NCBI RefSeq assembly: GCF_018350175.1
Contig: NC_058368.1
Coordinates: 39,620,001-39,684,000 of the forward strand
Direction of reading: 5' to 3'
From: Felis catus
Taxonomy: Eukaryota
Length of the DNA: 64,000 bases
Shown: piece by piece, positions 23,765 to 35,940 of the stretch
Numbering within the stretch: the stretch's first letter is position 1
How the letters are laid out: each line of letters starts with the position of its first letter
Made by a program: the position numbers and the translations under genes
Notes under the pieces: generated by a model
Databases searched by the model: none
What the model was told of the DNA's origin: nothing
The model's input: only the letters and a program-made list of their open reading frames with translations

Positions 23765-25109
23765 AAGAAACTATTTAAAATGGTTATATAATACATTCCA
23801 TATAACACACCTCTTAGTAACCAGCGAGAATATTGTAGGGAAGGGTGTTTGATTTCTTGTCTGAAGTATACGATGTCTGCAGACCAGTTGTTGGAATGTA
23901 TCGGAAAGAGCTTTTGTGTCTCACTTGAGAAAAGTAACAAAAATGAATATGCAAAATAAACAATAGCTTATCAGCACATCTTATTCAATATTCTAGAAAA
24001 GTAGTTTGTAGTCATTATCTAGTCTGTATCAGTATTATCAAACTTGGCAATACATTATGTATACAATCTCTACATTTTTACTATTAGGATCTATATAAAC
24101 AGAAAACACTATGGAGAGAGTAAAGTCTTTTATTTTGAAACCCAAGAAATGCAATGTATGAACAGCAAAAGGCAGTGGGAGACTGCCAGCCTCTCCATTG
24201 ATATAGCTCTTTTCATTTTCTCCTGGGGTCTTGCTGGTCATGGGATTGTATCAAATATTCTTAACAGCATGAAATAATCAACAAACCGGAACTAGAGAAA
24301 GAGCAAGATCAGTAGGTAGGAAAATGTTCTGATGGATTAAAAAAAATAGTTATGAAATTTGGGGATACAAAACTCTCTCTTATAGTTCTATTAAAAATAT
24401 GTACTTATAAAATGATTTTTAAAAGCATCATGTGGGTACCTTAAAAAAAATCCTACCCTTGCTCATACTTTCCTGGATGTGATTTATAACACAGGAGCTT
24501 CTCAAGTCTAAAACTAGAGAAAAAAAACTATGTTTAGGAAAAGCAGCTATTTTAGTAACACTTTTCATTTGCCCTTAAATCTAACATCTTAGAATTATAA
24601 CCAAGAGGAATAATACAAAATATAATAAACCTCATACTTCCCCAAAGTTTCTCCAATTCACTTCAAATTCTTTTTCATGAAAGTTCTTTTTTCTCACTCA
24701 TATATCACATATTATAGTCTCAGCACTCTGCCTACATGCACTTTCTAGGGAAATGTTCCATGTGATACATTTGTATCATGGGGGTCTACAGACTTAATGT
24801 AAATTTGTAGTTCCCAGTGAGAAATTTTTAATTTTATACTTTCACTTTTATAATAATTTATTATTAAAACAGTATGGATAACCCAAATAGAAGATTTTTT
24901 AAATGCTACATGATTTTAGTGGGGCAGGTGGTGGTGGGGGGGCTTGTATTTGTCTTTGTTTTTCGATTTTGGTGTTAGTTCCAAATGATGATTTTCACCA
25001 TTAAAAAATTAGTAGCAAGAAATAGCATTACCTTTCAGTTTTTGTTAAAGGTATGGTTACATCAAACTTTACCACTGATTATCTCAAATTAAATAATACT
25101 CTTTGCATT

Positions 25110-25550
25110 GCAATAGATTTTCATGACAATAGTCTTGAATGAATCACCTCTTTACATGTTCACACCCTTACAGCATGACTTCAATGCTGACTAGCAATCC
25201 ATTTATGCACCTCTAAGAACAGAACTGGCTTCTGTCTCACGCTGGCCAACAGAATGTGGCAAATATGATATTGTGTGAGTTTGACTCAAGAGGTCTTGCG
25301 GTTTCCATCCCTGCCCTCTCAGAATGCTTCACCATCATAAAAGAAAGAGTCTAGCCTGACAGTATATAAAAAGCCATGTGGATAGGAACTAAGACATCTC
25401 AGCTGAAGCTGGTACCAACCACCAGACTTTGTAAATGAGGCCATGTTGGACAATCCTACCCAATTGCCTTGTTGATGCATAAAATTCTGAGGAAACTGTT
25501 TTTAAGTCATTGAGTATAGAAGATAACTCATGTAGCCATATTCTATTTTT
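25110..25550 (+). mobile_element. MaLR LTR (MLT1F/H-like)
   Basis: TGGCCAACAGAATGTGGC...CTCAAGAGGTCTTGC...CACCAGAC..GTAAATGAGGCCAT...TGTTTTTAAGTCATTGAGT. Confidence 0.7.
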
Positions 25551-25950
25551 AAATATTAATATATTTTCCATCGTTATATGAACATCATATTGTTAAACGT
25601 CATATCATTAAAACATCACATCTTTAAAATTCCCTAATCCAAAGTTCCCTAAAAGTACTTAATTATAAGAAATAAAATATAATTTTTATTGAAAAAATGA
25701 TAAAGAATAATTAATATTTTTCCATCTCAATATTACAGTTCACCCCGCCAATATTTGGGGGAAAGTTTTTGACTCTTAAATATTTTGGGGGGCTCAGAGG
25801 TTGGAAAAATAGTTTTATCTTGAATTCTGCGTAAGAAACTAGTATTAGGTGTTTCATGACAGAGAGAAAAACAAAATCTTCCATGATTCTTTACATTTCT
25901 GAAGGAAGATATTTGAAGACATATTTTGCTCACCATAAGAATGCATTTTA

Positions 25951-26162
25951 GGGTGGCTTGGGTGACTCAGTCAGTTAAGCCTCCGACTCTTGTTTTGGGC
26001 CCAGGTCATGATCTCACAGTTTCCAAGATCGGGCCCTGTGTCCAGCTGGGCTCTGACAGTGCAGAGCCTGCTTGGGATTCTCTCTCCTTACCCTCTGCCC
26101 CACCCCATGAGCATGCACTCTTTCTCTCTCTCTCAAAATAAATAAATAAACAACAACAAATA
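25951..26162 (+). mobile_element. Can-SINE
   Basis: TSD AAGAATGCATTTTA. Confidence 0.93.
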
Positions 26163-26662
26163 AAGAATGCATTTTAGGGAGAAACATTGATCCTCCACTT
26201 TCATATTGGCTTTTTACTATATAGTATCTTTGTTTATTTAACTATAAAATCAATAATCTTCAATAAAATATTTTAGACAAATGGAACTAGATTGAAAAAA
26301 AATAAGTATCTAACAGTTTGAATTGCGTTTCAGTAGAAGTTTAGAATGGTAGATATCAGAATATTATTAGAAATCAAAATGACCTCTCTTGTTTTGCTCT
26401 GGAAAAATATTGATGAGCTGGAGAGCTAATTGGGAGGGAGAAAGTTATCAAATACATTCTGTATGGGAAGTGATGTGGATAATGTAAATCAAAGACTAAC
26501 AAGCAAGTAACTCCTTCAAGGAAAGAGCTTGGTTATAAACTATTGGAACCCTGAAAACTAGTGTTTGTTTTATCGTTATTTACATTCTCCTCTTTTAAAT
26601 CTGCATTAAGAGATGCCTCTTTTGCATGACTATTTAAGTGTTCTGTATTAGGAACAATGATC

Positions 26663-26707
26663 TTTATACATATCCCATGTTAGTTTTTAATATGGGATAT
26701 GTATAAA
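26663..26707. repeat. Inverted repeat, 20-bp arms, 5-nt loop
   Basis: TTTATACATATCCCATGTTA-gtttt-TAATATGGGATATGTATAAA; one G.T pair. Confidence 0.95.
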
Positions 26708-26802
26708 ACAGTCTCAGCGAATAGGACGAGTTATCATTAGTGGGAAAGACTACTTTCATACTAGTTTACAATTTAAGTTTAGGTAAAGTATAGGTAAAGG
26801 TA

Positions 26803-27241
26803 TGCAGAATGAGATGCCCCAGAATGTGCATAGAGATTATTTTGAGTTAAAAGAAATCAAACCCAGCAGATACAGGAAAGGCTTGCTGCCTTCTCCATTT
26901 ACATTAGAAAGAAAAGCCTGTAACAGGAAGACAACTACTAACAGACTCTCCTTTACCTAAGGAACTGACCTGCATAACAGGGCAAATTTGTTTTTCCAAA
27001 CATTTTTCACCTTCTTACAAATGAGTTTTCTCCCCTCTGAATCCTCAGCCTCTACCCCTCTCCTTAGCTCATATGAGCCTCCTCTTGTCTCACTGTCTTT
27101 GGAATCTCATGCCTGTGTGGATTCCCCATAGATACACCTATTAAATTTGATTTTCTCCTGCTAATCTGTCTCATGTCAAAATGATCCTAAGTCCAGCTAG
27201 AAGGACCACAGGGCAGAGGAAGTTCTTCTTCCTCCCCGATA
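26803..27241 (+). mobile_element. ERV1 solo LTR (MER34 family-like)
   Basis: TG start, GATTATTTTGAGTTAA, ATTAAATTTGATTTTCTCCTGCTAATCTGTCT, ends CTTCCTCCCCGATA; perfect 4-bp TSD GGTA. Confidence 0.85.
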
Positions 27242-27298
27242 GGTAAAACTCCGTTTATTTTTAAGTTTATTCTGTAAATAAATTATGAAAGGATACAC

Positions 27299-27450
27299 AC
27301 ATGATGTCTTAGACATAACATCATGTAAACATAAAATTATTATTTAGAAACAAAATAATAAAATTTAAATATAGACATGATGTCTTAGACAATAACATAA
27401 TGGAAACATAAAATTAAAATGATTATTTAAAAATAAAATAATAAGAGTAG
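27299..27450. repeat. ~76-bp imperfect tandem duplication
   Basis: ACATGATGTCTTAGACA(A)TAACAT.ATG.AAACATAAAATTA...ATTATTTA.AAA.AAAATAATAA occurs twice. Confidence 0.9.
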
Positions 27451-29489
27451 AAATATAAAAATACAAAATATTAAGTTCACTTAACATTTTAAAGCTACGT
27501 ACGATCTCTCAAGTGACACACAGCAAAACTATAGAGTGCTTTCTTGTCCTTGAGCTGAATTATCTCCATGTTATATAAAGAGTAAATATTTATACCCTCA
27601 GTTCCTACAATAAATATAGGCATGCCATAGGAGACATGATGTGAAAGCATTTGTTTATAACTACCTTAATAAATATCATTCTCCTGCCTAATCTTTATAC
27701 TGTAATGCACTTTAATTTGACAATAGAATTGACTATCTCTTTCCTGAATTTAAAGGTATGTAAATGATGCAATTTTCACCTCAGCCAGAGACCTTTATTT
27801 TTCTTTGATTGTGTCAATGACACAGGCAGAACATAGCCAAAGCTTCAAAAACTTTAATAGTTAACCATTTATAAGAAGTGGCACCTTTTAAATTAGCAAG
27901 ACACCAAAAAGCATCTGTGTAAGAAATGTCAGAATGAAATACAGCAAAGCTGGCTTCATACTGAGAATCTTTATCAGAGTGCATAAGTCTTTTCCCTTGT
28001 GGTCCTTATCCTAGCACGAAGATCATAGGGGAAATAATTGCTAAAGGGTGCATCCAGCTGAGTTTCTATTTTATCTTTACATTTACGAGAAAGAAGATAA
28101 AGGGCAGTGCTCAATCTAGCAAGATTAGAGTTTATGGTTCCCCTTGGATGTTAGTCTTGAACTTGGGTAATACAGGTTGCATTTCCTAACGAACTGACGA
28201 TGTGTGAAGATGAACAACTTAAACCTTCTCTAAACAAAAAATATTTCCAGTGGAATACAAAGGCTCCACAATTAATTAGTCTTTTTAAGAAATTTTTTTA
28301 TGGCTTGATTTACTCTCAGGTTATTAGGATATGCAGCCATATTCCATGTTTAACAAATGGGAAAAAAGGAGACAGTGTATTTCAACCTAATGGAGAATGA
28401 AGATCAAGGTAATTAAAACAAAATTGAATAAGGAAGACCAGAGATTCAGGGTGTGAGAGCACCTTTAATAGAATCATTTGATTGACCTGCTTCAGGAACA
28501 ATATAACACAGTGTTTACTCAGAAAACTTTAGGTGTTTGGCAGAATTTGTCATTTTTGTTTTGGAATAGGGAATTTCAATGGTGGTATATACTAATAGGA
28601 AATAAACCAAAATAAACTCTAAGTACGCTCGAGCACATAGCTATATCATTAAAACAAATAGTTTCAAAGAGCTTACCTTCCTTGTACTTTAATTAATGGT
28701 CTCCTGCACAGCAAAAACTAAAGAAATCTGCACTTCATATTTATGTATTCATTTACTTATAGTCTGCTCTGGTATAGAAATGTTATAAGGTAGTTCAATA
28801 TTATGTTAATGTGTATATCTTTCGTATTTTTGAGTACACGAAGATATCCTAAATTATCTAAGATTTCTCAAAATCAAGGAGTGTGTTAATCATTAGTTTA
28901 TCAATGATTGTTGACTATTAATGGTTACACACCAGTACAGTGCAGATCAATACTTTAAGTTTTACATTCTTTGATCGACAGCATGTAAAGAAGATAGTGT
29001 AAATAATATTACCTTAGATAGGTGGGTTTTACAAAATCCCACTGTATTGAAATATAAATGTTCTTAGTTTAAGATGCAACTATTTGAAAGTGTTGTGGAA
29101 AAAGATTTACTTGTGGTTTTTCAAAGTTACCAGTTAATTTCTATTGATCAGCTGTAACTGACATGGATATAAATTCAATTGTTTCTATGAATGGATTGAT
29201 ATCTAGATTAACATCCTTAAAACTGTCAATAAGAATTTGTTCTTTAAGACAGATAATCTAAAATTTTACCTGAATTTCACTGAAAAATAAAAAGTTTAGA
29301 GAAGTACATGAACACATCAATGACTGCAATACTCAAAGGGAATCTTTCTAGAGTATTAACTGTCAACTGTTTTAATCAGTGCAGCATAAAATCTTGACAA
29401 GGTCAGTTAAAATGACTTTCCAAGTATTTAGTATCTATGTCATATGCATCAATAATTAATTCTGGATAATTTTATGTTTTAGATGACAG

Positions 29490-29670
29490 GCTTGGATAAT
29501 ACGAACAGTACAGACTTTAAAGAAAAAGAAAAAAAATGGTTCTCATCCCAAATGAACTCTCAACTAGGTGTGAAATCTAAGGACTAATGACCTACCTTCA
29601 TTAAAGACTTATTTTCTTATTTGTAAAATAGAGGTAACATTTTACACATGACTGTTAAGGAACATTTAAC
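29490..29670 (+). mobile_element. MIR fragment
   Basis: TTTTCTTATTTGTAAAATAGAGGTAACA core. Confidence 0.5.
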
Positions 29671-30045
29671 ACATTGATTCTTACATAGCTTACATTGCTA
29701 AATAGCAAATAAAATGGCCATTTACCAATTTTTTTTTCTTTTGTTTCTAAGAAAGTGGCTTTCTGTAAGTTTTTTTTTTCCAATTCAAATGTTAAGACAG
29801 AAATTAGTCAAGCATAAAAATATTCACAATTTTACTTGTATCCATATAGTATTACATTTGTAAACCTGGTAATATTGACAGTCGAGTTTTATGTCAGCAT
29901 AAAGTGTGTAATTGTCACTGTGAATGCAAAGCAAGTAAAAATTAGGGGCTTAAATAGGAGAACTAAATAGGACTGTTAATGTGCCATCAAGTTCATGTTC
30001 GCTGTGTCCTAGATGCTTAGATGCTAAGGGCTGAGAAAGGAGTTT

Positions 30046-30046
<1 letters not shown>

Positions 30047-30076
<30 letters not shown>
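30047..30076. repeat. (CA)n microsatellite
   Basis: About 15 CA units. Confidence 0.97.
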
Positions 30077-30077
<1 letters not shown>

Positions 30078-31312
30078 CCTGTCTTCTGCCTAATCTTTCC
30101 ATGATTTTCTCTTCCCTGAATTTTCACTCTGAAAATGATGCAGTTTAATACATACTTATGATCAGAAAGTGTCAAGATGTACTAAGCTTAAATGTATGAA
30201 AGCAGGTTTTAGAGACCTAGTGAACAGGTGAAAAATGCTAAAAGCACTACAACCTACTGTGTTGTCTTTGAATCTTGTTTATTTCATTTCACTCTTCCAC
30301 ACTCAAGTGAAATCTTTCCCCTCTGATTTCGTTTGTTCTTCCACTCATCCAGAATGAGTCTCCCATGAATTCTTTAATCATGAAAGCATAGCTTGGATTC
30401 CTTATATTAAGTCCTTGGTTACAACTCAAATTTACATATGAAAAAAAGCTATCCATGTTTCTTTATTTACACATTTTTGGCAAAAATATAAGATGTTTAA
30501 AGCACTTGGGTGCTGTGTGTATACTGTTTATTTCATATATACGTATTCTTTGGAATATATCTGCCCTTAAAATAGTTTCAAGATTAATATTCTTCCTCAA
30601 ATCATAAAGAAGCTTAAGACTTGCTAATTTATATTACAATTATGAAAAGTAAAGAGAGAATCCCTATATAACATTTCATCAGTGACATCTAAGCATGAGT
30701 GTTTGTGTTTACAATTTTTTCCCGAGAATTATATTATTAAATAATTATTATTAACAGAATGTCTGTTAATGATGATACTTTTGTGTTTACTAATTAACAA
30801 AATGTGTAAAAGTTGAATGCATTACATAAACTCCAGTTAAATACTTTTCTATTCAGTGACTATTCAATGCAATAAAACTCACTGCAATATTATTTGACAA
30901 TATGAAATAGTTCTAAATATAACAATGTTGTAGGCATATAATATCAACTTATAAAATAAAAATGAAATATTGATATTTGTATATATTAATATATTAGAAA
31001 ATATATTGGTAATCTAACAAAAGAGAGCAGTATTTTGACTTTAAACAGAAAGAAAACATATAATAATCATGCCAGATAGTCAAAATGAAATGTATAACAC
31101 TATATTATTATTAATTCAAACAATATCTTAGTTCTATTTTCTCTAATAATAAAAGTGAAATCCTAAGATTTACCATCCTGAGAACTTGTGGATTAAGTAT
31201 TACTAGACATATAAGGATAATTCTGTTGGGTACTTTTTTTGGAATAAAAGAACTTTTCAAAAATTCCCTCAAATGATTTGAGATTTTGATTTGAAAAATA
31301 ATTTTATTCATT

Positions 31313-31518
31313 TAAAAAAATTTTAATGCTTATTTATTTTTGAGAGACAGAGCATGAGTGAGGGAGAGCAGAGAGAGAGGGAGACACAGAATCTGAAGCA
31401 GGCTCCAGGCTTTGAGCTGTCAGCACAGAGCCCAATGCAGGGCTTGAACTCATGAACTATAAGATTGTGACCTGAGCCAAACTCTGACACTTAACCAACT
31501 GAGCCACCCAGGCAACCC
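31313..31518 (-). mobile_element. Can-SINE (SINEC_Fc type)
   Basis: Complete body; TSD TATTCATTT. Confidence 0.93.
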
Positions 31519-31802
31519 TATTCATTTTAAATGAACAGTTTAGTGCAGTCATATAACTGTAGAAAGAGAAAAAAATAAAAAAAAATTAGATTTCAGTGTA
31601 GGATAGTTATTGTGCAATATTTTATTTGTGTTTGCTTTCCCCACATATGTTACCTTCCCTAGCTTGGTAAAATCGCCTGGGACTATCTAATGCCTGACTT
31701 CCTGACCCCAGTCTTAGTTCCTTTTCAGCTACTATGACATCTTGGCCAACATATTAATATGTGTCTCCCCTATCTATTTTTAAATCCTTACTCATGATTT
31801 GC

Positions 31803-32016
31803 TTTTTTAAAAGACTTTTTAAAACGTTGATTTATTTTTGAGAGAGAGTGTGGACACATGTGTGGGGGGGAGGGGCACAGAGAGAAGGGAAAAGAAGATC
31901 TGAAGCAGCTCTGTGCTGACAGCAAAGAGCGCATTGCAGGGCTTGAATTCAGGAACCAGGAGATCATGACGTGAGCCAAAGCTGGATGCTTCACCAACTG
32001 AGCCACCCAGGTGCCC
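31803..32016 (-). mobile_element. Can-SINE
   Basis: Complete head; degenerate TSD TTAC(T/A)CATGA(T/A)TTG. Confidence 0.9.
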
Positions 32017-32151
32017 TTACACATGAATTGTTTTTATAAGATTTGAAAGTATGACTTCATTTCATCTGCATGGTAACTTTAGACAGTAAGATATTAATTC
32101 CCATTTTATAAATGAAGGCATTGACTAACAGAGAATTTAAATAGCTTAGTT

Positions 32152-32580
32152 AGGAGCACCTGAGTGGCTCAGTTGGTTGTGTGTCTGACTCTTGATTTCA
32201 GCTCACTTTGTGATCCTAGGGTCCTGGGATTGAGCTCTGCGTTGGGCTCTGTGCTGCATGTGGAACCTGCTTGGGATTCTCTCTCTCTCCTCTCTCTCTC
32301 CCTCTGCCCTCTCCCCCTCCTGTGGTCTTTCTCTAAAAATAAAATATTTTTCAATGTTGTTTATTTTTGAGAGACAGAGAGAGACAGAGCGCGAGTTGGC
32401 GAGGAAGAGAGAGAGAGGGGGACAGAATCTGAAGCAGGCTCCAGGCTCTAAGCTGACAGCAGAGAGCCTGATGTGGGGCTCAAACTCACTAACCGCGAGA
32501 TCATGTCATGACCTAAGCTGAAGTCAGACACTTCACCGGCTGAGTCACCCAGGCCCCCCAAAATAAAATAAATCTGTAAA
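32152..32580 (+). mobile_element. Can-SINE whose A tail is split by a second SINE, itself inserted in a MIR
   Basis: Outer TSD TAAATAGCTTAGT at 32138-32150 and 32581-32593; MIR core CCCATTTTATAAATGAAG upstream. Confidence 0.9.
32347..32559 (-). mobile_element. Nested Can-SINE (SINEC_Fc type)
   Basis: Inner TSD AAAATAAAATA at 32336-32346 and 32560-32570. Confidence 0.92.
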
Positions 32581-32849
32581 TAAATAGCTTAGTCAGAGTT
32601 TTGCCAAAAATAAAATATGCAGAGACAGAGTACGCTTTTCTTTGTTCGAGCTATAATCTCTCCCTATGTATGGGTTCAATTCTATCTGCCTGTTGCACAC
32701 TTTCATTTCAGCAATTGATCATTCACGGTCTTTTAAAAAGAAGGAAAGGAGGAAAGGAGGAGGAAATGAGATAAAAGAGACTGTAACTCTCTTCTACTAT
32801 CATATATTTTCCTATCCTACATCAACTTTAAAAGGCTGCATATTGCAGA

Positions 32850-33085
32850 ATTTATAAATTCAAATGCCTAGAAAGGTCTTTTGGAAATATTATAAGCAAA
32901 GCAGTTCTGTATTGAGAAAGATGCATAACAAGTTCATGGCGGAGATGACCTCAAGCAGGGGTCTACAGTTCTGTCAAATATTGTTTCAAGGAAATGTGTG
33001 CAGAAATGGCTAAATCTTCCAATTTTTCAAAGAAAGCCATATATCCAATTTTTTATGCAAAACCTCCTAATTATAAATTTCACAG
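32850..33085. mobile_element. hAT DNA transposon remnant (MER102-like)
   Basis: AATTTTTCAAAGAAAGCC...ATCCAATTTTTATGCAAAACCTCCTAATT. Confidence 0.5.
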
Positions 33086-33306
33086 TGAGTTGTAAATACG
33101 ACCAGTTTATAACTTCCCATCTATGGTCTCTACCTTCACTTTTCCCAGACTGTTTACTGTTTAACTCTCTGATTTCTGGAACCTGCCACTACCACTCCAT
33201 AATAATGGAGGTTGGCAATGCCTTCGTGTCATCTTTTGAACACATTTTAATTCACATCTTAAACAATCACGAGCAGTTCAGAAGTGTGTTTATTGAAAGA
33301 TTCCTT

Positions 33307-33480
33307 AATTATTACAATCACTCAAAATAAATGGTGATTATGTGATATGATAGAGATGGTAATTATAATTAAAATGACAACCATATTTAATATATAAATA
33401 TATCAAATTAACTCAATACTAATTTCCTTAAATTTACACAATGTTATATGTCAAGTATATTTCAATAAAAATTTTAAAAA
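33307..33480 (+). mobile_element. L1 extreme 3' end (L1MA/carnivore)
   Basis: CCTTAAATTTACACAATGTTATATGTCAAGTATATTTCAATAAAAA; TSD A(A/G)AGATTCCTT. Confidence 0.75.
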
Positions 33481-33699
33481 AGAGATTCCTTCATTTGCCT
33501 TTGTATCCTTGTCTACTGTCTCCCTTGTCAATCTCGTCTATTACCACATTTCAGTTATTATCTGTCATGCCAATAAACTCTCAACCTTAAGCATTTAACA
33601 TAGATCCCTGTTCATTCCTTATAGGAGTATTGGTATATCCTCATATTCCTATATCCAGGGGACAGCAAAAGTGTTAATTTCCCAAACATACGCCTGGTG

Positions 33700-33925
33700 G
33701 TTATTTTTTTTAACCTCACTAAATATCATTATACTTTTATAGCACTATTTTTGTTTCCTAGACCTTTATTGTTTTATTGTACCTTTAATTATACATTCAT
33801 GTCTGGATAATGTAATGTATCCCCTACTAGACATAATTTCTATAGGGACAATAATTTTTTCTTTTATCTTTATTGTGACATCTTAGTACCTAATATACTG
33901 CCTAGCATGCCATACGCTTGTCAGT
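33700..33925 (+). mobile_element. L2 3' end fragment
   Basis: CCCCTACTAGAC...TAGGGACA...CATCTTAGTACCTAATATACTGCCTAGCA. Confidence 0.6.
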
Positions 33926-34500
33926 AAACAATTTACTGCCTCTCAGCTCCAAATTTCCCCTTCAGTGTATGCTCTGCCATAATGGGGGGAATTCCTCCTT
34001 TATGTGTTTCTTTCACAGTGAGCAAGATGTTAATTAAGGCTTCTCAGTAGAATATGCTGGAAGGACATTGCAGGAGAAAGGCCTGGCCTAAAACTTCTGA
34101 CCACTCAACAGCAGGTGCACAGTCGTGGGTGTGGGAACATGCTGCCATGTTCTTTCCCAGACAGAGGAGTTTCTTCAGCAACCTTACAATCTGGGCCTGG
34201 TCTGGTGACAACCTTCCCACAGGATTTTCTACACTGACACCATGAAGAACTCCACGCTTCCTGTCTGCACGGGTGCCCCAATTTTCCACTGGTACCCCAG
34301 TACCTTCGTTTGCCCTTAGCTTAGTCTTTCCACACACCGACACTTGGGTCACGTGAATGAGATTCCACCGTGTGCCACCTGTGCAGAGGATACTGCTCTC
34401 TGCTTGTCCAACAATTAACAGACTGGCTCTGACCCAGCAAATCTGTTAACTTCTCTGCTATTTTGGGGGCTGCAACTGCCACCTTTGCCAACAACGGTTG
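33926..34500 (-). mobile_element. ERVL LTR (LTR33-like)
   Basis: CTCTCAGCTCCAAAT...TGCTCTGCCATAATGG...TCAGTAGA..ATGCTGGAAGGACATTGCAGGAG. Confidence 0.65.
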
Positions 34501-34566
34501 GGGAGGGAGACACTGGGAGTAGCCTTATTTAATTGGTAAAGTTTAGGTCATTTGCCCAAACAGATA

Positions 34567-35036
34567 CAGGCACACCTTGGAGATACTGCTTGTGGGTTCA
34601 GTTCCAGACCACAGCAACAACGCGAATATTGCAGTAAAGCAAGTCAAATGAGGTTTTTGGTGCATATAAAGTGCATATAGAAATTGTACTTACACTACAC
34701 TGTAGTCTAGTAATTGTGCAATAGCATGCCTTTTAAAAATGTACGTATCTTAATTAAAAATACTTCATCGCTAAAAAATGCTAACCATCAACTGAACTTT
34801 CAGCAGTCATAATCACTGATCACAGATCATCATAACAGATATAATAATAATGAAAAAGTTTGAAATATTGAGAGAAGGATCAAAATGTGACACAGAGACA
34901 CAAAGTAAATAAGTGCTATTGGAAAAGTGGTGACAATAGACCTGCTCAACTTGCCACAAACCTTCCATTTGTAAAAAATATGCAGTATCTGTGAAGAGGA
35001 ATGAGGTGAGGCACAATAAAATTAAGCTTATATTTA
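34567..35036 (+). mobile_element. Tigger2a-like TcMar DNA transposon
   Basis: TA|CAGGCACACCTTGGAGATA...GTTCCAGACCAC...CACTGATCACAGATCA...GCACAATAAAA; TA target site. Confidence 0.9.
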
Positions 35037-35299
35037 TACTGATGATCTGTCATTGTCAGCTTTTGTAGTGGGCAGCAGGTTCTACACTGCACCTGCAATC
35101 GTAAAGTGGAAAGTTTCTTAATTGTATGAACAGGATTCATACACTGGGCAGCCAAAATACATACACGTACACATACATATGTTCTCACTACATATATGCC
35201 CAAAGGTGTTTGTTTCGGCATTCCATGCAGTAGTAAAAACTCGAAAAAAAGTCTAAATGTTGATCAATAGAAGAATGTTTGAATAAATTGTGACATGTC

Positions 35300-35550
35300 A
35301 TTGGTAGACACTATTTTTGGCTACCCACATGCTAATCTCAATAAGCTACTGTCATTGGCATTCTACTGTAAAGAATAAACACCATAAATAATTCTGAAGT
35401 ATGTTTTTTGTCTTGGAGTGACCATGTGAATTACATATTAGCCAATGACATTTGAAGACTGTTACTGAATTTAAAGAGGTCTGCTGTGTAGCTTCTGAGA
35501 AAGCTATTTCTCTCCCTATATAAAGGCTTGCGTCTGTGTTTGTGTGTGTA

Positions 35551-35615
<65 letters not shown>

Positions 35616-35940
35616 CAGAAAGACAGAGAACGAAAGAGAAATACGGAGGGAGAGAGAGAGAGAGAGAGAGAGACAGATAGGTTCTACCTACCTACTTCCT
35701 GCTTAAGAATAAGGGCATGATGCAGTTAATTTCAGCCAACTAGCTTCTAATTATGAGGTTACAAACCTAAGGATAAATGCCAAGGATCAGTGATGGAAAG
35801 AGGTGAGACTGGATTATGACATTACTTAGCATTGGCCTCTACTGTCAAATTCTTATTATTTGAGAAAATAATCACCATATTTAAATAGGGAATTGCTGAG
35901 AATTTCTAATAAGTAAAAACTGAATGAATCCTTAATTTAT
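35300..35940 (+). mobile_element. Old MaLR LTR (MLT1J/K/L-like) inserted in an L1ME fragment
   Basis: GTGACCATGTGA...AGCCAATGA...CTTCTGAGAAAGC...CTTATTATTTGAGAAAATAA; L1ME-like sequence on both sides (~35200-35300, ~35940-36330). Confidence 0.55.
35535..35675. repeat. Compound (TG)n(GA)n microsatellite
   Basis: Direct reading. Confidence 0.95.
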
